Shown here: positions 1 through 14,179 of the stretch, piece after piece
Layout of the letters: each line of letters opens with the position of its first letter
Position numbering within the stretch: the stretch's first letter is position 1
Source of the DNA: Octopus vulgaris
Lineage: Eukaryota
Reading direction: 5' to 3'
Length of the DNA: 64,000 nt
Assembly: GCA_951406725.2 (NCBI GenBank)
Contig: OX597833.1
Span: forward strand, 52,390,001-52,454,000
Translations under genes and position numbers: made by a program
Notes under the pieces: model-generated
Told to the model about the DNA's origin: nothing
What the model saw: the letters and a program-made list of their open reading frames with translations, nothing else
The model's database searches: none

Positions 1-413
1 TATAGATAAACACATACGCATACACACACACACACACACACAAAACACACACACACACACACACATACACTCACACATATATATACATATATATCCTACT
101 CTATATGCACCAATTAATTTTATTCATTACTCATGCTTGCGGGGCACATGCACATACATATCGGCATATAGAAAATATACGCATTTTACGTGTGTGGGTC
201 TAGATAGATATATATTATAGACATAGAGAGAGAGAGAGAGAGAGAGAGAGACTGACAGACAGACAGATAGGGAGGGAGAGAAATAGAGAAAGAGAGAGAG
301 ATATACACATATGTATGAATATATATCTCCATGTATAATTATAATATAAATGCTATATATATACGTACTTACATATATACATATAGATATATATAGAGTG
401 ACAGGCTCGTACT

Positions 414-600
<187 letters not shown>

Positions 601-927
601 ATATTCTTATGAATGCAGTAACCTTTTTGTATGTATTCATGTCTGAATGTTTAACAGTGATGGTGGTATGTATGATGACTCGTGTAAGTTGGCAGGTTTG
701 GATGTTACATCAGAATTGTCCTCTACGGTGTTTGCTGTCAGCCATGACTTTACAGCAAATTCCGTATCGCACGCTTTGGAAAGTAGCCTGATGAAGAAGT
801 GTAAAGACGATTCGAGAATAGAACGAGAGAGCAGAACATGATTTTTTAAATAATGCCATGTGTTGAGCTAACATGCAGTCAGTCAGATCATATACACATC
901 ATTTTCTGTACAGACGGATGCATGTAC

Positions 928-998
<71 letters not shown>

Positions 999-1062
999 AT
1001 ACCATAACACACCACACTCATGCATACACATTGACACACACAGACGTATATATATGTATGTG

Positions 1063-1121
<59 letters not shown>

Positions 1122-1749
1122 TTACACATATACATATATGTATATATATAAATATATATATATGTACGCATAAACAAGTACGTGTATGTATACATGTACA
1201 CACACAAGTGTATATATATTTTATATATATTTATATATATATATATATATACATATACAAATATATACATGTATGTTTGTATGAATGTAAGTATGTATAT
1301 AAATAAATTTTTTGAAGGTGAAAGCTCCACATTAGGTTTCTTACATAACCCACTTTATACATACACACACACACACACGCATATATATATTCACAAATAC
1401 GTGTATATTCGTGCATGTATACATATACACACACATATATATACACATATACACACATATATATATACACATATGCACACACACCCACACACATATATAT
1501 ATATACATGCATATATATACATACATATGTATTCATCTAACTGCTATGTACAAATACACACACAAACACACACACACACACACACACACATACACCAACA
1601 CGCACACATACATGTGGTATACTTATATTTTTGTTTTTTAAAGGGAGAGAATTCATTGAATATTTTTTCCGTCATAATAATGATAAGCATACTGCAACTG
1701 TATATACGCATCTCGGCTTTCGTTGATAGTTATCAGTGTAAGAGATATA

Positions 1750-1782
1750 TCCAACGTTTTGAACAGATGTCTTCATCAGCGT
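1750..1782 (-). ncRNA. Degenerate minimal hammerhead-like motif next to a Penelope relic
   Basis: Minus strand reads cg-CTGATGA-agacatctgttc-AAAACGTT-gga; GAAA is mutated to AAAA and stem I is poor. Confidence 0.4.
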
Positions 1783-1879
1783 AAAAGAAGTACACGACAC
1801 AGTAATTTTAGATTCTTACTTGTCTCAGAGACTCTGTGCATCGGATTTAGAACGTAAAACAAGGTGAATGTGTAGACAT

Positions 1880-2680
1880 TGATAGAATTTTTATGGTAGT
1901 AGAATGGGCCGTCTCCACCAACTCTTCTCGCCGTCAAGAAAGACAGGAGTCTCAACAACCTCTTTGAAGCTCCAAAGTGCTCAGTCAGACTCTTTTAAAT
2001 ACTCTCAAGGGGATGTGTGTCAGGTGCCCCTACATTAGCAGCAATCCAGCCTTCACCAGCTCTTGGTTCAAATAAAAAATGACCCACAATTTTACATGTA
2101 CCTGTTCCAATGTTATATACTGCACTGTATGCAAACTTTGTAGTGCCTTTAAAAAATTATTTTTATGTGCCCTTATCATGGGCCCGGTTTCCTGGTTTTT
2201 GTGGCGTATATGTCCCCCCCCTCCCAGCTTGACGCGACGCCAGTCCATCGAAGCGTTACTCAAGAAACAGGAAGAAAGTGTGAGAGAGAGTTGGAGCGAA
2301 AGAGTACAGCAGGGGTCACCATCACCCCCTGCCGGAGCCTCGTGGAGCTTTAGGTGTGAGCTCAATAAACACACACAACGCCCGGTCTGGGAATCGAAAC
2401 CGTGATCCTCCGACTGCGAGTCCGCTGCCCTAACCACTGGGCCAATGCGCCTCCACGTAGTGCCTTTTGCTTTGAGAAATCAGGTCGATCACCTTTGTGA
2501 ACACATTGAAATCACGCTACGACGAATGCCAAGGCAAGCTAACTAATAAACTTCTACTTTAATACTATAAGTTGTTGAATTACTTTTATTTCATCATAAA
2601 ACTATTCACTCAAGGAAACGGATGTAAAAACATTTCATATTCAAAGTCAGAGCCAATGTGGTCTGTATTTTTTCTTCCTA
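1880..2680 (+). pseudogene. Penelope-like element relic (RT C-terminus/linker and GIY-YIG endonuclease), interrupted by a SINE
   Basis: Frameshifted peptides PPTLLAVKKDRSLNNLF, CVRCPYISS, HNFTCTCSNVIYCTVCKLC and DHLCEHI resemble PLE consensus segments (PPLISFKRDKNI, CxxCPxI, FTCxSxNVIYCIxCxxC, DRFREH). Confidence 0.75.
2151..2456 (-). mobile_element. tRNA-derived SINE, family A (tail type 1)
   Basis: tRNA-like head GTGGAGGCGCA..TGGCCCAGTGG..GGTTTCGATTCC; 11-bp TSD gtagtgccttt at 2140-2150 and 2457-2467. Confidence 0.92.
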
Positions 2681-3250
2681 TCCTTCACCTCGCACGTTAA
2701 AGTTTAATCTTTATTTTATCCTTAACTCCTCTTCACAGGGGGAAGGAAAAGGTGAGTAGGAGTGGGGAGAAGAGAGATGGAGAGTAGGAGCGAAGAAAAG
2801 TAGGAGTTGGAGCAAGAGAGGAGAGGTGGGTTTTGAGGAAATAGGTGTGAGGGGGAGAGAGGCGAGGGGAGGAGGTTAGATGAAGAGGGGAGGAGAGTTG
2901 AGCCCATGTAGCACAAAGGAGCGAAGAGAGAAGATTAATCCGTGTTCACGTCGCAAACGGGAGTCCGGATGACTCCTGTGCAAGGACAATTCGAACACGG
3001 ACATATATATATATGGAAGTAAAGGCACGTCTGATTTTTCGCATATATATATGCAAATATGTGTGTGTGTGTACAAGTGAATGTATGTGTGCGTGTGTGC
3101 GTTCGTGTTCGTGTGTGTATTCATTGACAGCCGACACACTTACCTCTACAGCTTGAAGCTACTTAACTAGAGCTTAGCGTTTAAAGCACCGCAATAATAT
3201 GACTTCCTCCGAATACGTCTGCGAAAATTTAACCCACTATACTTCCTATC

Positions 3251-3558
3251 TGTGGAGGCACATCGCCTAGTGATTAGTGCAGCGGACTCGCGGTAGAGGG
3301 ATCGCAGGGTCGAATCTCAGACCGGGCGATGTGTGTGTTTATAAGCGAAACACCTAAGCTCTACGCGGCTCCGACAGAAGGTAATGGCGAACTGCTGCTG
3401 ACTCTTTCGCCACAACTTTCTCTCACTCTTTCCTCCTAGCATCTTGCATCTCACCTGCGACTGGCCGGCGTCCCGTCCAGGTGGGGAACCTATACGCCAA
3501 GGAAACCGGCGAACCGGCCCTAATGAGCCAGGTGTGGCTCGAGAAGGAACAAACAACA
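3251..3558 (+). mobile_element. tRNA-derived SINE, family A (tail type 1)
   Basis: A/B-box-like head; 12-bp TSD atacttcctatc at 3239-3250 and 3559-3570. Confidence 0.92.
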
Positions 3559-3835
3559 ATACTTCCTATCAGCTTTTTAAAAGTATCTGAAAGCGTTATT
3601 CCCTCTTACCCCACATCAGCCATCTTGTTCATGCCTACATAGAGCATTTTTCTTGATCCATCAGTTTGTCGATGGACGTATTCTAAAAAAGAGAAGAAAG
3701 ATAAAAGCATTGAACCTTTTGATTTATATACAGAGAGAATCAATACAACGGCCACGGTCTACAGTATGTTCTAGCTTGACAATGGTGAATGAAACAATAT
3801 TATCGAATTAGTTCAAAATATTTCAAATACACCGG

Positions 3836-4240
3836 GATCATCATCGTCGACGCTGTCGTCGTCGTTCTTGTAGTCATCATCGCCCTCCTTCTTCTCCTGA
3901 TCCTCATCCTCATCATCACCATCATTATCATTATTTCTAACATCAGTAGCAACAGCACCAGTAACAGTACCACCAGCACCACCACCACTACCATGACCAC
4001 CACCACCACCACTGCCACCACCACCGCCACCCGCACCACCACCACCACCACCATCATTGCCATCATCTCAACCACCATAAATAACATCACATGCATCACC
4101 AACCACCAACACCGCCATCATCATAATCATAATCATCATCGTCAACTTCACCAACAGCAGCAACAGCACCAGCAGCAGCAGCTGCTGCAGTAGTAGCAGC
4201 GGTAGCAACAGTAGCTGCTGTAGCAGCATCAACCTCAACA
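3836..4240 (+). repeat. Degenerate mixed trinucleotide repeat (CAT/CAC/CAG)
   Basis: Cryptic simple repeats; no domain in any frame. Confidence 0.85.
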
Positions 4241-4364
4241 GATAACAGATGATATGCGAACAATTGTAGTAAACACTAGGAAATCTCATGAAATAAATAC
4301 GATTGAAGTTTTGACGAGAAAATTATTATTATTTTTATCATCATCATCATCATCATCATCAATA

Positions 4365-4424
<60 letters not shown>

Positions 4425-4550
4425 GTTTGTGAAAAACAATGGAGAAACTCACCATAAAATATAAATACGTTTCACAAACGCATATACATACTTGCATACA
4501 CATATATATATATATATGTATATATCTATGTATATATTTATATCTATCTA

Positions 4551-4619
<69 letters not shown>

Positions 4620-5824
4620 GAGAGATAGATATATGTATACATGTATGAATATATATATGTAGGTAAGCATAAATATATACATATATGCAAACATATATAT
4701 ACATGTATATGTATATATATGTATATATATGAATATATATATATATATACACACACATATATATATGTATATATACTTATGTATATATATATATATATAT
4801 ACATAGATATATACATAAGTATATATATATGTATAAACATATACATGTATACATATATATACATAGACATATATACATACATATGCCAGCATGTATATAC
4901 ATGTGTACGTGTGTACAAAATATACAAAAAAAAACGCAGCCCAAGAGAAAAGTTTGTAACTGAACACCGAGCTGTCGAGGTATCGCCCGAATTCTTAAAA
5001 AGCACCTTGAGGCATCATATACAATATGGCAGCACCAAAAAATCAGACGAAAGGTTCGTATGAAGAGGTTGATGCAAAAAAGCGAAATGCACCCAACAGC
5101 TTAATGTTCCATCTGGATGTGATTATGACTTGGTAAGAGGTAAAATATTTTAGGTCATCGTTTGATGCTTTCTTGGCTTGCTAACCTTCTCTAGAATTCG
5201 TTCAAAGTTATTTATCTGTATATGAGATTTTACAAATATTTTAGCTTTGTTTTCTGCTATTTACCTTAATGGATATAGTTGATGTTATCGTAGTTGTTCT
5301 TACTAATGTTACTGTTGTAGTTGTTGTTTTTGTTTTTGTTGTTGTAGCGTCTGTTGTTGTTGCTGTTGTTATTTGGCCTCAGAACCAAACGGTACATTTA
5401 GGTTTTAATCATAAGTTTTCTCTAATAGGACAGACCGATAATCAGAAACGTTTTTATTTGTGTCTGTCACATCTTTTCATAGGTACGGGAATTATATTTT
5501 CCTAGAGGTTGCAAACCTAGGTTCAATTCAGGGTTTCAAAAGCATTTTCATTGCCTCCACAATATTATAGGGGTTGCGCTTGCACTTCCTGAAGCCCCTG
5601 TTCCCGAATCTATTCCTCATTCGTTTTTCAAACTTAGATTATGTAAAGTTGCTTTGCCTTTTCTTTTTAAACGATGATAAAGTATGATTCTTCTCACTGT
5701 CTTATGAGTACCGTGGAAAAGGAAAAGGTATGAGGAATTAACCTCAAGAGTAAAATCATTAACTCATCCAGGCGGTCCGGTGCCCTCTTTGACACACTAT
5801 TCAGGGGTAGGTGAAACTCGCAAG

Positions 5825-5908
<84 letters not shown>

Positions 5909-6016
5909 ATAAAGAGAGAGAGAGAGAGAGTTAGTTAGACAGGCAGACAAATAGATAGGCAGATAGACAGACAGACAAATAGATAGGCAGATAGACAGAT
6001 AGATAGTTAGATAGAC

Positions 6017-6066
<50 letters not shown>

Positions 6067-6067
6067 G

Positions 6068-6098
<31 letters not shown>

Positions 6099-6113
6099 GT
6101 AGATAGTTAGATG

Positions 6114-6197
<84 letters not shown>

Positions 6198-6790
6198 TTT
6201 TTTATTGATAAAGAGGTAAAACCAGAGGACGATTTGGGTGTTATTTCATAATCATATCAGCTGATTTGTTAAATTGCAGCACTGAATTCAAGTCGTTCCT
6301 GTGTTCCTTTTCCAGACTGAATTCAAGAAAAATTATCTATCCCTTCAATTCTATAACCGAATCACCTCATATTTGACTCAGATATATTCAGTAAAACTAA
6401 CACCATTACCAACAATAGCACCAACAGTAAAACAATTAGAACCTCTATGTGGTTATTCGGCCGCCTAGAAACAGCAGCAAATGCTCTCTAATTTACATCT
6501 TGCTATCTTGGAGAGGAAATAGACACGTTGGATTCTATTTACACTATTTTCTTTTCTTTTATTCCGTAATTCGTATCAATCATTGGGGGTCATGCTCAGC
6601 CACCGTCGTGAAGGTTTTTTTCTTTTTGTAGTCAATGGCAACGACCCCAGATTGCACTTTAAGACTTGCATATATTATTCTGGTTTATCTTTCTCTGAAC
6701 CTCTATGTTACGTGGACATAGACAAATCTAAGCCAGTTGTCAAACTTTTTAATACAAATTCAAACACACCTTCGTATAAATACGCACATA

Positions 6791-7202
6791 GGCGCAGGAG
6801 GGGTTGTGTGGTTAGTAACTTGCTTACCAGCCACATGGTCCCGGGTTCAGTCCCACTGCGTGGCACCTTCGCCAAGTGTCTTCTACTATAGCCTCGGGCC
6901 GACCAAAGGCCTTGTGAGTGGATTTGGTAAACGGAAACAGAAAGAAGCCCGTTTTATATATGTATATATATGTACGTGTGTGTATATATTCGTGTGTCTG
7001 TGTTGTCCTCCCCTCCCAACATCGCTTGACAACTGATGATGGTGTGTTTACATCCCCGTAACTTAGCGGTTCGACAAAAGAGGCCGATACAATAAGTACT
7101 AGGCTTCCAAAGAATAAGTCCTGAGGTCGATTTGCTCGACTAAAGGCGGTGCCCCAGCATGGCCGCAGTCAAATGACTGAAACAAGTAAAAGAGTAAAAG
7201 AG
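6791..7202 (+). mobile_element. tRNA-derived SINE, family B (internal TA/TG microsatellite, GTAAAAGA tail)
   Basis: Near-identical to copies at 20850, 30641, 32393 and 48118. Confidence 0.9.
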
Positions 7203-7350
7203 TGTATATGCATACATAAATACATTCATTAACACATACATACGTAAATACATTCATATATACATACATTCATGCATTCATACATGCATGCCTGCATTCA
7301 TACATACATACATACATACATACATACATACATACATACATACATACATA

Positions 7351-7897
7351 CAAATCCAAGCTACTAGTGACACAGCGAAGACATTCCAAATATTCTCCTT
7401 CTGAGATTCATTCGTGAATAGAAGCACAGACTTGGGTGTATGCATCGACAGCTCAGCCAAAAAAACAATTCAACAAACAAATCTACTCACCGACATATTT
7501 GCAAACACCGGAAGCATTCTCAAAAAGAACTTCAATAAAACTCCAAAGAAAAATCATACATACATACATACTGAGAAATCTGCAGTTACTCTATCTAGAT
7601 TATAAGTTCAGGTTTATACCTGTAATTATTGGAGTCCTGGAATATGTAACATCCTGCCTAAATAACAATCTTGAGAAATTAGGCTTCTCAAAACCAGAAA
7701 GGAGAAAGCTAATTCGAAGACTACAGATCCGATCCATCACTAGAACTGTAAAAATCTGTAAAACATTCCAAAAGTTTATCATTTAAATATATATGAGCAT
7801 ATCTAGATATGCAAATATATGCATGAGAATACATGCATAAAACAAAACGTAATAATCTGCACATATACATACATACATACATACATACATACATACA

Positions 7898-7931
<34 letters not shown>

Positions 7932-8058
7932 CATGCATACATACATACAAATATACCCTGTTGTTGATGTTGAAATTCCAATGAAGTAATCTTAGATCTA
8001 GGTTAGAAACCGGTTCTTTCCCTATTGGCAAGAAATCTTCAAGTAAGCTGAATAATGA
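7351..8058 (+). mobile_element. Fragments of an R4/NeSL-group (REL) non-LTR retrotransposon 3' end embedded in (TACA)n
   Basis: 7571-7786 encodes LRNLQLLYLDYKFRFIPVIIGVLEYV..LEKLGF..SITRTVKICKTF*, resembling a REL C-terminus; every piece is bounded by (TACA)n. Confidence 0.65.
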
Positions 8059-8107
8059 CATACATACATACATGCATACATACATACATACATACATACA
8101 TACTAAG

Positions 8108-8495
8108 TGTGGAGATGCAATGGCCCAGTGGTTAGGGCAGCGGACTCGCGGTCGTAGGATCGCGGTTTCGATTCCCAGACCGGGCGTTGTGAGTGTTTAT
8201 TGAGCGAAAACACCTAAAAGCTCCACGAGGCTCCGACAGGGGATGGTGGTGATCCCTGCTGTACTCTTTCACCACAACTTTCTCTCACTCTTACTTCCTG
8301 TTTCTGTAGTACCTGTATTTCAAAGGGGCCAGCCTTGTCACTCTCTGTGTCATGCTGAATATCCACGAGAACTACGTTAAGGGTACACGTGTCTGTGGAA
8401 GTGCTCAGCCACTTACACGTTAATTTCACGAGCAGGCTGTTCCGTTGATCGGATCAACCGGAACCCTCGTCGTCGTAACCGACGGAGTGCTTCCA
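8108..8495 (+). mobile_element. tRNA-derived SINE, family A (tail type 2)
   Basis: Same head as family A with a different 3' half; probable TSD acatactaagtg at 8098-8109 and 8497-8508. Confidence 0.92.
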
Positions 8496-8785
8496 CACAT
8501 ACTAAGTGGTTGCACTCACGACCACAAGATCGTGGTTTCAATCCTCAGACGAGGTAATTCTTGAGCAAAACACTTCCTTTCACATTGCTTCAGTGCCGTG
8601 AACTGTAAGAGAGTCACCCTGCTACGAACTGGCGCTCTGTTCGGTTGAATGAATGTTGGCCCAGCCGCCTAACCAACGAGATGGAATCATTCGAAATCTA
8701 CAATGCGAAGAAGGTAGCACATGGTGACCAGCGGTGTATAACAACATTCAATAGTCTTGTCGACACATTGATGCAGTAACAGTGG

Positions 8786-8849
<64 letters not shown>

Positions 8850-8858
8850 CCTCCATCC

Positions 8859-8947
<89 letters not shown>

Positions 8948-10264
8948 GCTCTTTGTCTGCCTGCCTGCATATCTGTCTACCTGCCTGTCTGCCTGTCTGT
9001 ATGTATGTAATCATGTATGTATGCATGCATACATGTATGTATATGAATACCTATACACAACGTGTGGCGAGCTGGCAGAATTGTTAGCACACCGGGCGAA
9101 ATGCTTAGCGGTTTGATGAGTTGGCTCATCAAATCAGTATCATTCAGGCCATTATCCGATGGAAAGAACATACCGAGGCCTTACTCCTGCAGTGGACTCA
9201 ATATGAGCAATCAAATCCGATCCAATATACAGTGGGCTTCTGCATAGTTTCCCCGTTACCAACTTAAGACACAAAGCATTGGCCGACCTAGGGCTAGAAC
9301 AGAAGACATTTGCAAAGGTAACGAACAGGGAGAGAGCAAACTCGAAACAACGTGTTTTCCAAGAAAATTCTTCATCGTAAATCCATGCCTGCAAATGTAT
9401 CCGATTATAAACACATGACGCGATGGTCATTTGTGGAGTGCTTTTAATAAGGTGTCTGTTCAACAAAACTGACTTGGTAGCTAAACAACAAGAGCAATAG
9501 TAATGTACGGCTCGAAGCCTCCGCGTATCAATAACATGTACAATGAAAGGATCGTATCATTTAACTTTATTCTACGGGTCAATGAGTTGACACGAAAGCT
9601 TGGACATCTAAAACAACAATAACAACAGCAACAACATTTTTTTTCTTTTTTTTTTAAGTAGTGGTCATATTTTGCTGTTCGGCCAGATGGCTGGGAATAA
9701 TTGAAGACATAGAGAAAGAAATTAAAATTAACATAGTTGCGCAGGATGTAGAAATTACAACTTAACAAGCTAAACAGCTTACAAACTGTAATTACAGCCT
9801 CGCCGGCTATGATAGCAATTACAACAACAATAACCAACGGCAGCAGCAGCAGCAACAACATCAGCATCAACGAACTGAACAACGACAACGGCTGCAGAAG
9901 CAACAACAACAACCACAATAGCGATGTTTTCCATGAATCGACAGTGATAATACCAAGTATAACTACAAAGACGACAATATAACAATGGCTGAAGCCTCCA
10001 CGCAATCCAGAGAGGAAGCCTTTATTCAGCCACTAAAGCTGATAGAAAAAAAAACCCTCTCAAATCTCCTTTTAGCCCTTAAGCATTGAAATTACTCTGT
10101 TAAATGTAATTCTTATTTATTCACATTGTTTTGAATTGACAATAGATTATCTTGAAGCTTCAAGATTTCAATGATGGGAGTGCTTGTTTTTAGAATGACA
10201 TTATAGGATAGGTGTGAGAGGCAGGATCTAGCCAGTTTGAGTATAAAACAGGTAGAATATATTG

Positions 10265-10866
10265 TAAAGTAGCTGTATACTGTCAACTTAACGTGACAGT
10301 CCCATGAAGAGAATCATACTACTGCTATTTAGCCCTAGAATGCAGCAACGCTTCCAGTCGGCCTTGACACATTTCCTGTGTCCTTAAGTTTACAAGGGGG
10401 AGATAAGCACCTCCACCCAGCTAAGCCTGCATTCAGAGAGTAGTTTCTGAGTCTTTGCTCGTCGTCAGTCTGGAGTAGTATGGCCTGCTAGATGGAGATG
10501 CCTATATAGCTCTTGTAAACATATAAGAATTCTAGTGAAATAAATCCACTGATTACAAAAATAGAAATAATACATTTCTAAATATCTCAGAGAAATTTAT
10601 GCAACAGTGGTACGATAAAATAGTTGTATACTGTCAATTTAATGTGACAGTCCCATGAAGGGAATCATACTACTGCTATTTAGTAGTGCTTATCTACCCC
10701 TTGTAAACATAAGGACACAGGAAATGTGTCAAGGCTGACAGGAAGCGTTACTGCTTCCTAGGGCTAAATAGCTGTAGTATGATTCCCTTCATGGGACTGT
10801 CACATTAAGTTGACAGTATACAACTACTTTATCGTACCGCTACTGCATAAATCTCTCTGAGATATT
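10265..10866. mobile_element. Non-coding insertion built of direct plus inverted repeats with an internal hammerhead motif (Penelope pLTR-like)
   Basis: 10266-10410 is inverted at 10686-10829; 10577-10683 is inverted at 10764-10870; TSD tagaatatattg at 10253-10264 and 10867-10878. Confidence 0.75.
10432..10474 (-). ncRNA. Minimal type I hammerhead-like motif (slightly degenerate)
   Basis: Minus strand: tccaga-CTGACGA-cgagcaaagactca-GAAACtacTC-tctgaa. Confidence 0.55.
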
Positions 10867-11197
10867 TAGAATATATTGGGCCAGATATAAAGTGTTAACT
10901 TTTATAAAAGGAAGGAAAAACATTGGAATGTTGTTGATCTACACGAATAATGCTTGATTAAAAGATTGGTTGGTCACTGTTGCGATGTCTTTGATGATAG
11001 GTTTGTCGAACTAGGGATGATCTAAGTGTAATCATCAATAGCAGGGAACATTGTTGACTCATAGGGAGTTAGAAACTTCTGTAAATTATAGGAAGCAATG
11101 GAGATATATATCTGTTGATTGAACGTGGACTCTGTGCAATACAGAAAGGGGACCCCCTACCCCCAATGACGACAAATGAAAACGGGCGCATTTATTT

Positions 11198-11496
11198 GTG
11201 GAGACGCAATGGCCCAGTGGTTAGTGCAGCGGACTCGCGGTCGGAGGATCGCGGTTTCGATTCCCAGACCGGGCGTTGTGTGTGTTTATTGAGCGAAAAC
11301 ACCTTTAAGCTCCACGAGGCTCCGGCAGGGTGCGGTGGCGAGCCGTGTTGTATTCTTTCGCCACAACTTTTTCTCACTCTCTCTTCCTGTTTCTTGAGTA
11401 ATGCTGCAATGGACTGGCGTCCCGCCCAGCTGGGGGGAACACATACGCCACAGAAACCGGGAAACCTAGCTCATGAACCTGGCTAGGCTTGAAAAA
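11198..11496 (+). mobile_element. tRNA-derived SINE, family A (tail type 1)
   Basis: Homologous to 2151-2456. Confidence 0.9.
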
Positions 11497-12596
11497 GGAG
11501 ACGTTTATCGTTTTATATATTTATAAACGATACGCACAAATATGTAAATATGATTAAGTTGTTCTGTATGCATTTGCAACGGAAAGAAAACATGGAATAT
11601 TTTATTCTCTCTTATCATTTTCATCGTAAAATAATTTTGAATCGACAAATTTCTTCTCAATGTATTTTAAGAATTAAATTTTCAATTTTTAATTTATTTT
11701 CGGGATAAAATTACTCTATATTTGCAAATAGTTGCGCACTGAAAATTTAGTTTCCTTCATCGATGGGAAACTTTTCAGATCGAATCTGATCGAACGGACC
11801 AACGATCAAATAATGAATTCCAACCGAATTCATCCTGTTTTTGTTGTAGCTCTCAAAATGCACATTATCTACTATGTCCATTTTCATAACACAACATCGT
11901 GTTATTTAAGGAGATCATTTCTTGTAGTTATTGTCACCAAGTAGAGGCTTCCTGTCGACTCATGTCTTGAGGCAGATTTGGTTGTTATTTCTAGCATGTC
12001 ACCCAATCACGGAACATCTCCCTTGTTCGCTGCTGTAAACAGGGGAGGGGAGTATTTTTGAATAAAGTGACTAAAGAAGTTTATCCTGAGATTGAATAAA
12101 CAACAAAAACAGACGATCACTTCAGAACAAAAGGAGAGCAGCAGACGACCACTTTAGAATGATACTGAAATTGATAGCCGCAATGGGCGTGCATGGTAAA
12201 CGACGTTTTACTGCCTGAAGATATTTCAGTACGAGAGGCTGGCAGAGGTCAGATAATTGAGTGTGATGGCTCTGGAAGTGTATTCTTGGAAGACTGAAGA
12301 GAGTGAGAAAAGAAGAGATTGGGACGAAAGTATAATAGTTATAAAACCAAGAAGAGACACAATAAATATGAGGGTGATGAGATGAGGCAGTGTGTGTGAG
12401 CGAGACGAAGTAAGAGAGGTGTTATAGATCGGATGGATTTAAATTAAGAAGTATGTAATGAAAGAAAGAAAGAATGAATGAAAGAGAGGGTACGGGAGAG
12501 TAGAAAAGTTACTGAAAATAATGATAATTATAGAGAGATATTGAGACGGAGGAAGAGAGAAAGTTATATATATATATATATATATATATATACTTC

Positions 12597-12803
12597 ATTT
12601 AAAAGCAGCAGGAATATAACAATAGCTGTTACTCAGAGTTTAACGTTCCTATTCGTCGGACAGTTTTGTTAACAACGGGAAACGTAAAACTGAGTAACAG
12701 CTTTTGTTATATTTCTTCTGCTTTTAAATAACGCATATTACTCTACCTCCGGTATTTGAGTACTCTTTTTTCCACCTTGTTTCACATTTATGTGTTTACA
12801 CCG

Positions 12804-12805
<2 letters not shown>
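12597..12805. mobile_element. (TA)n-flanked fold-back element with a degenerate hammerhead (12626-12663, minus)
   Basis: Arms ~12597-12649 and ~12678-12729; minus strand ctgt-CCGACGA-..-tAAActctgagTA-acag. Confidence 0.6.
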
Positions 12806-12847
<42 letters not shown>

Positions 12848-12853
<6 letters not shown>

Positions 12854-13130
12854 TTAGAGATAAATTAGGCAAATCAAACAGTGAAAAACATAAGCCAATA
12901 CATAAAATTAATTTTAAAATATAAAAGTAAAAAATTAAAAAATTATTAAAATAATTTAACTTATAAATTTTAAATATATATATACAAATATATATATATA
13001 TATGTATGTACATTTTAATATTTATATATTATTTTGTTTAATTAATTAATTTATTTATTTTTATTTATTTTTTTATTTATTTTTTATATATAAATATCAA
13101 AAGTATTAAAAGTTTAATAAAAGATAAAGA
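12848..13130 (+). repeat. AT-rich dispersed repeat in (TA)n; a second, inverted copy ends near 31850
   Basis: ttaggcaaatcaaacagtgaaaaacata is shared with the reverse complement of 31797-31824. Confidence 0.6.
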
Positions 13131-13159
13131 TATATATATATATATATATATATATGAAA

Positions 13160-13228
<69 letters not shown>

Positions 13229-13623
13229 AGAGTAAGCACATAGAGATATCGATTGAAATGTCTATAATACTATCGAAGACCACTTCTCAATATACATTTG
13301 TGTGTGTGTGAGTATACTGATATTCTAGATATTAATTTGAAAGCATTTAGGTCTGGAGATTTCAGACGATGGAAAGACATCTTAGTTTGATTTCTAAGTA
13401 AACAGGAAACTAACTGATTATTCTTTTATAAATATGCTTCAGGAATGATTGTCTCTATATTGAGGGAGGTACGCTTCCATTTTGCGGTGTAAACACACAC
13501 ACATATATAAATATATATATACATACATAATATATACATATTATACATATATACACATATATACATACATACGCACGTACACACACATGTACACACACAC
13601 GCGCACACACACACACACACACA

Positions 13624-13684
<61 letters not shown>

Positions 13685-13821
13685 AAATGGATAAATGAAT
13701 TATCTTGTTACGGATTATTCAAATTATAACCGATACCCGGGTAGCAAAAATCACAACAGAAAAATCACGGTTGGGGTATCGCAACCGTGCCTTAGTGCGG
13801 ATAATTGAAGTTTTATATATT

Positions 13822-14145
<324 letters not shown>

Positions 14146-14179
14146 CACAGGAGTGGCTGTGTAGTAAGTAGCTGTGTTT

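Noticed and set aside
786-830. CTGATGA hammerhead candidate (also 7033, 24673, 24789, 63302)
   Set aside because: No correctly placed GAAA, stem III and stem I; some lie inside SINE or RT coding sequence.
4935-5230. Possible RT-like DDLKYF on the minus strand
   Set aside because: Isolated motif with no neighbouring RT motifs.
7972-8020. GAAAccggTT with an upstream hairpin in the TACA-associated element
   Set aside because: The core would be CCAATGA (G5 lost) and stem I does not pair in register.
8108-8185. tRNA gene (also other family A heads and 34680-34750)
   Set aside because: The tRNA-like head continues into a SINE body, often with TSDs, and no complete cloverleaf was seen.
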